Source of the DNA: Azolla caroliniana
Lineage: Eukaryota; Plantae; Polypodiophyta
Direction of reading: 5' to 3'
Assembly: GCA_043228905.1 (NCBI GenBank)
Contig: JBHGNT010001423.1
Coordinates: forward strand, 1-8,694
Length of the DNA: 8,694 nucleotides
Numbering within the stretch: the first letter of the stretch is position 1; every line of letters begins with the position of its first letter. Position numbers and translations under genes: made by a program. The notes under the pieces are model-generated. The model was not told the DNA's origin, ran no database searches, and worked only from the letters and a program-made list of their open reading frames with translations. This document shows, in pieces, positions 7,733-8,694 of the stretch.

Positions 7733-8157
7733 CATGTACACCTCCTCCTCTAGCTCGCCTTGGAGGAATGCATTTTTCATGTCCATTTGGTGGAGGTGCC
7801 ACCCTTTTGCCGCCATGAGTGCTAGGACCGTCTGAATCGTGGTTATCTTTGCCACTGGGGCAAAGGTTTCTTCGTAGTCAATGCCATGGGTTTGAGCATA
7901 CGCCTTGGCGAGAAGCTGAGCTTTGTATCGGTTGACAGAGCTGTCGGCATTGTGCTTTATCTTGTATATCCATCGACAACCGATCCCCTTCTTGTGTGAT
8001 GGAGGTACTACAAGATCCCAAGTCTCATTGTCGACTAGTGCTTGCATTTCTTCGTCCATGGCTTCAATCCATCAGGGGTCACGAGTCGCTTCCGAAAAAC
8101 TTTCAGGCTCTTGTTCGATTGCTACCTTCATCATGAAGGCATAATGGTGTGCCATAA
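7733..8157 (-). pseudogene. RT N-terminal remnant of element C
   Basis: Reads MAHHYAFMMKVAIEQEPESFSEATRDP*WIEAMDEEMQALVDNETWDLV...GCRWIYKIK...YEETFAPVAK...MDMKNAFLQGELEEEVYM and is truncated by B's LTR before YVDD. Confidence 0.92.
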
Positions 8158-8161
8158 GGCT

Positions 8162-8694
8162 CTAGTAGTTGTGTATCGATTCATAATGTAGACGGCTATG
8201 GATGCCGCTTTGGCCCAATAGAAATTTGGCATGTGTTTCTCATGCATCATGGAGTGTGTTACCTCGAGTATGTGCCGATTCTTTCTTTCGGCTACTCCAT
8301 TTTGTTGGGGTGTGTGTTGGCACAAAAATTCTCTCTAAATGCCATCACCTTGGAGGTAAGAGATGAAATCGTCGAAGAAGTACTCCTTGCGTCCATCCGA
8401 TCGTAGGCATTGAATATGTAGACCCATTTCTTTCTCCACTTGGTTCTTGAGCTTTTGGAAGTGGGAGAGCACTTCACTCTTCTTCTTCATCGGGAAGATC
8501 CACGTGAAGCAGGAGTTGTCATCGATGAAGGTGACGAAGTACCAACATCCTCCAATGGTTGGCGTTTAAGCCGGTCCCCATATATTTGAGTGGATCACAT
8601 CAAGGTCCCCATATACATGGCTCTCCTTTGGAAAGGGAAGTCGGTGTTTGCCGAGTTGGCATGGGTCGCACACTCGATCGACTCATTTCGACTG
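8162..8694 (-). pseudogene. Integrase remnant of element C
   Basis: One frame reads VCDPCQLGKHRLPFPK...DVIHSNIWGPA*...YFVTFIDD...CLRSDGRKEY...GI*REF...TPQQNGVAERKNRH...YWAKAASIAVYIMNR. Stops at 8566-8568 and 8335-8337; the first catalytic Asp reads Asn. Confidence 0.9.

Larger units (their letters stand above)
7733..8694 (-). mobile_element. Element C: degenerate Ty1/copia internal region (integrase plus RT N-terminus), interrupted by B
   Basis: INT is followed by RT on the - strand, with several stops and an internal deletion. It continues beyond the window end. Confidence 0.9.

Noticed and set aside
5163-8694. B and C as one element
   Set aside because: An LTR plus PBS lies between them, and C's INT-RT is upstream of B's gag on the same strand, which fits only nesting.

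Overview
This is a eukaryotic, most likely land-plant, repeat region with no host gene. It is a three-level nest of decayed Ty1/copia LTR retrotransposons. Element A (+, <1-5162) is nearly complete: 5' LTR, tRNA-iMet PBS, gag-PR-INT-RT-RNaseH with stops and frameshifts, PPT and a 424-bp 3' LTR. Its LTRs differ at 11 of 318 aligned bases by hand count. Element B (-, 5163-7732) has a 603-bp LTR containing a perfect 189-bp duplication, a PBS, and a single reading frame in which Gag-protease-pre-integrase is fused in frame to what appears to be the pol C-terminal tail, with INT core, RT and RNase H absent (TR-GAG-like). Element C (-, 7733->8694) is an older INT/RT relic interrupted by B in its RT. 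The inferred insertion order is C, then B, then A, with A landing at or in B's putative PPT. The most interesting signals are the in-frame Gag-PR-tail fusion in B, its doubled PPT, and hairpin-rich U3 regions, including a 21-bp mini-LTR mimic.
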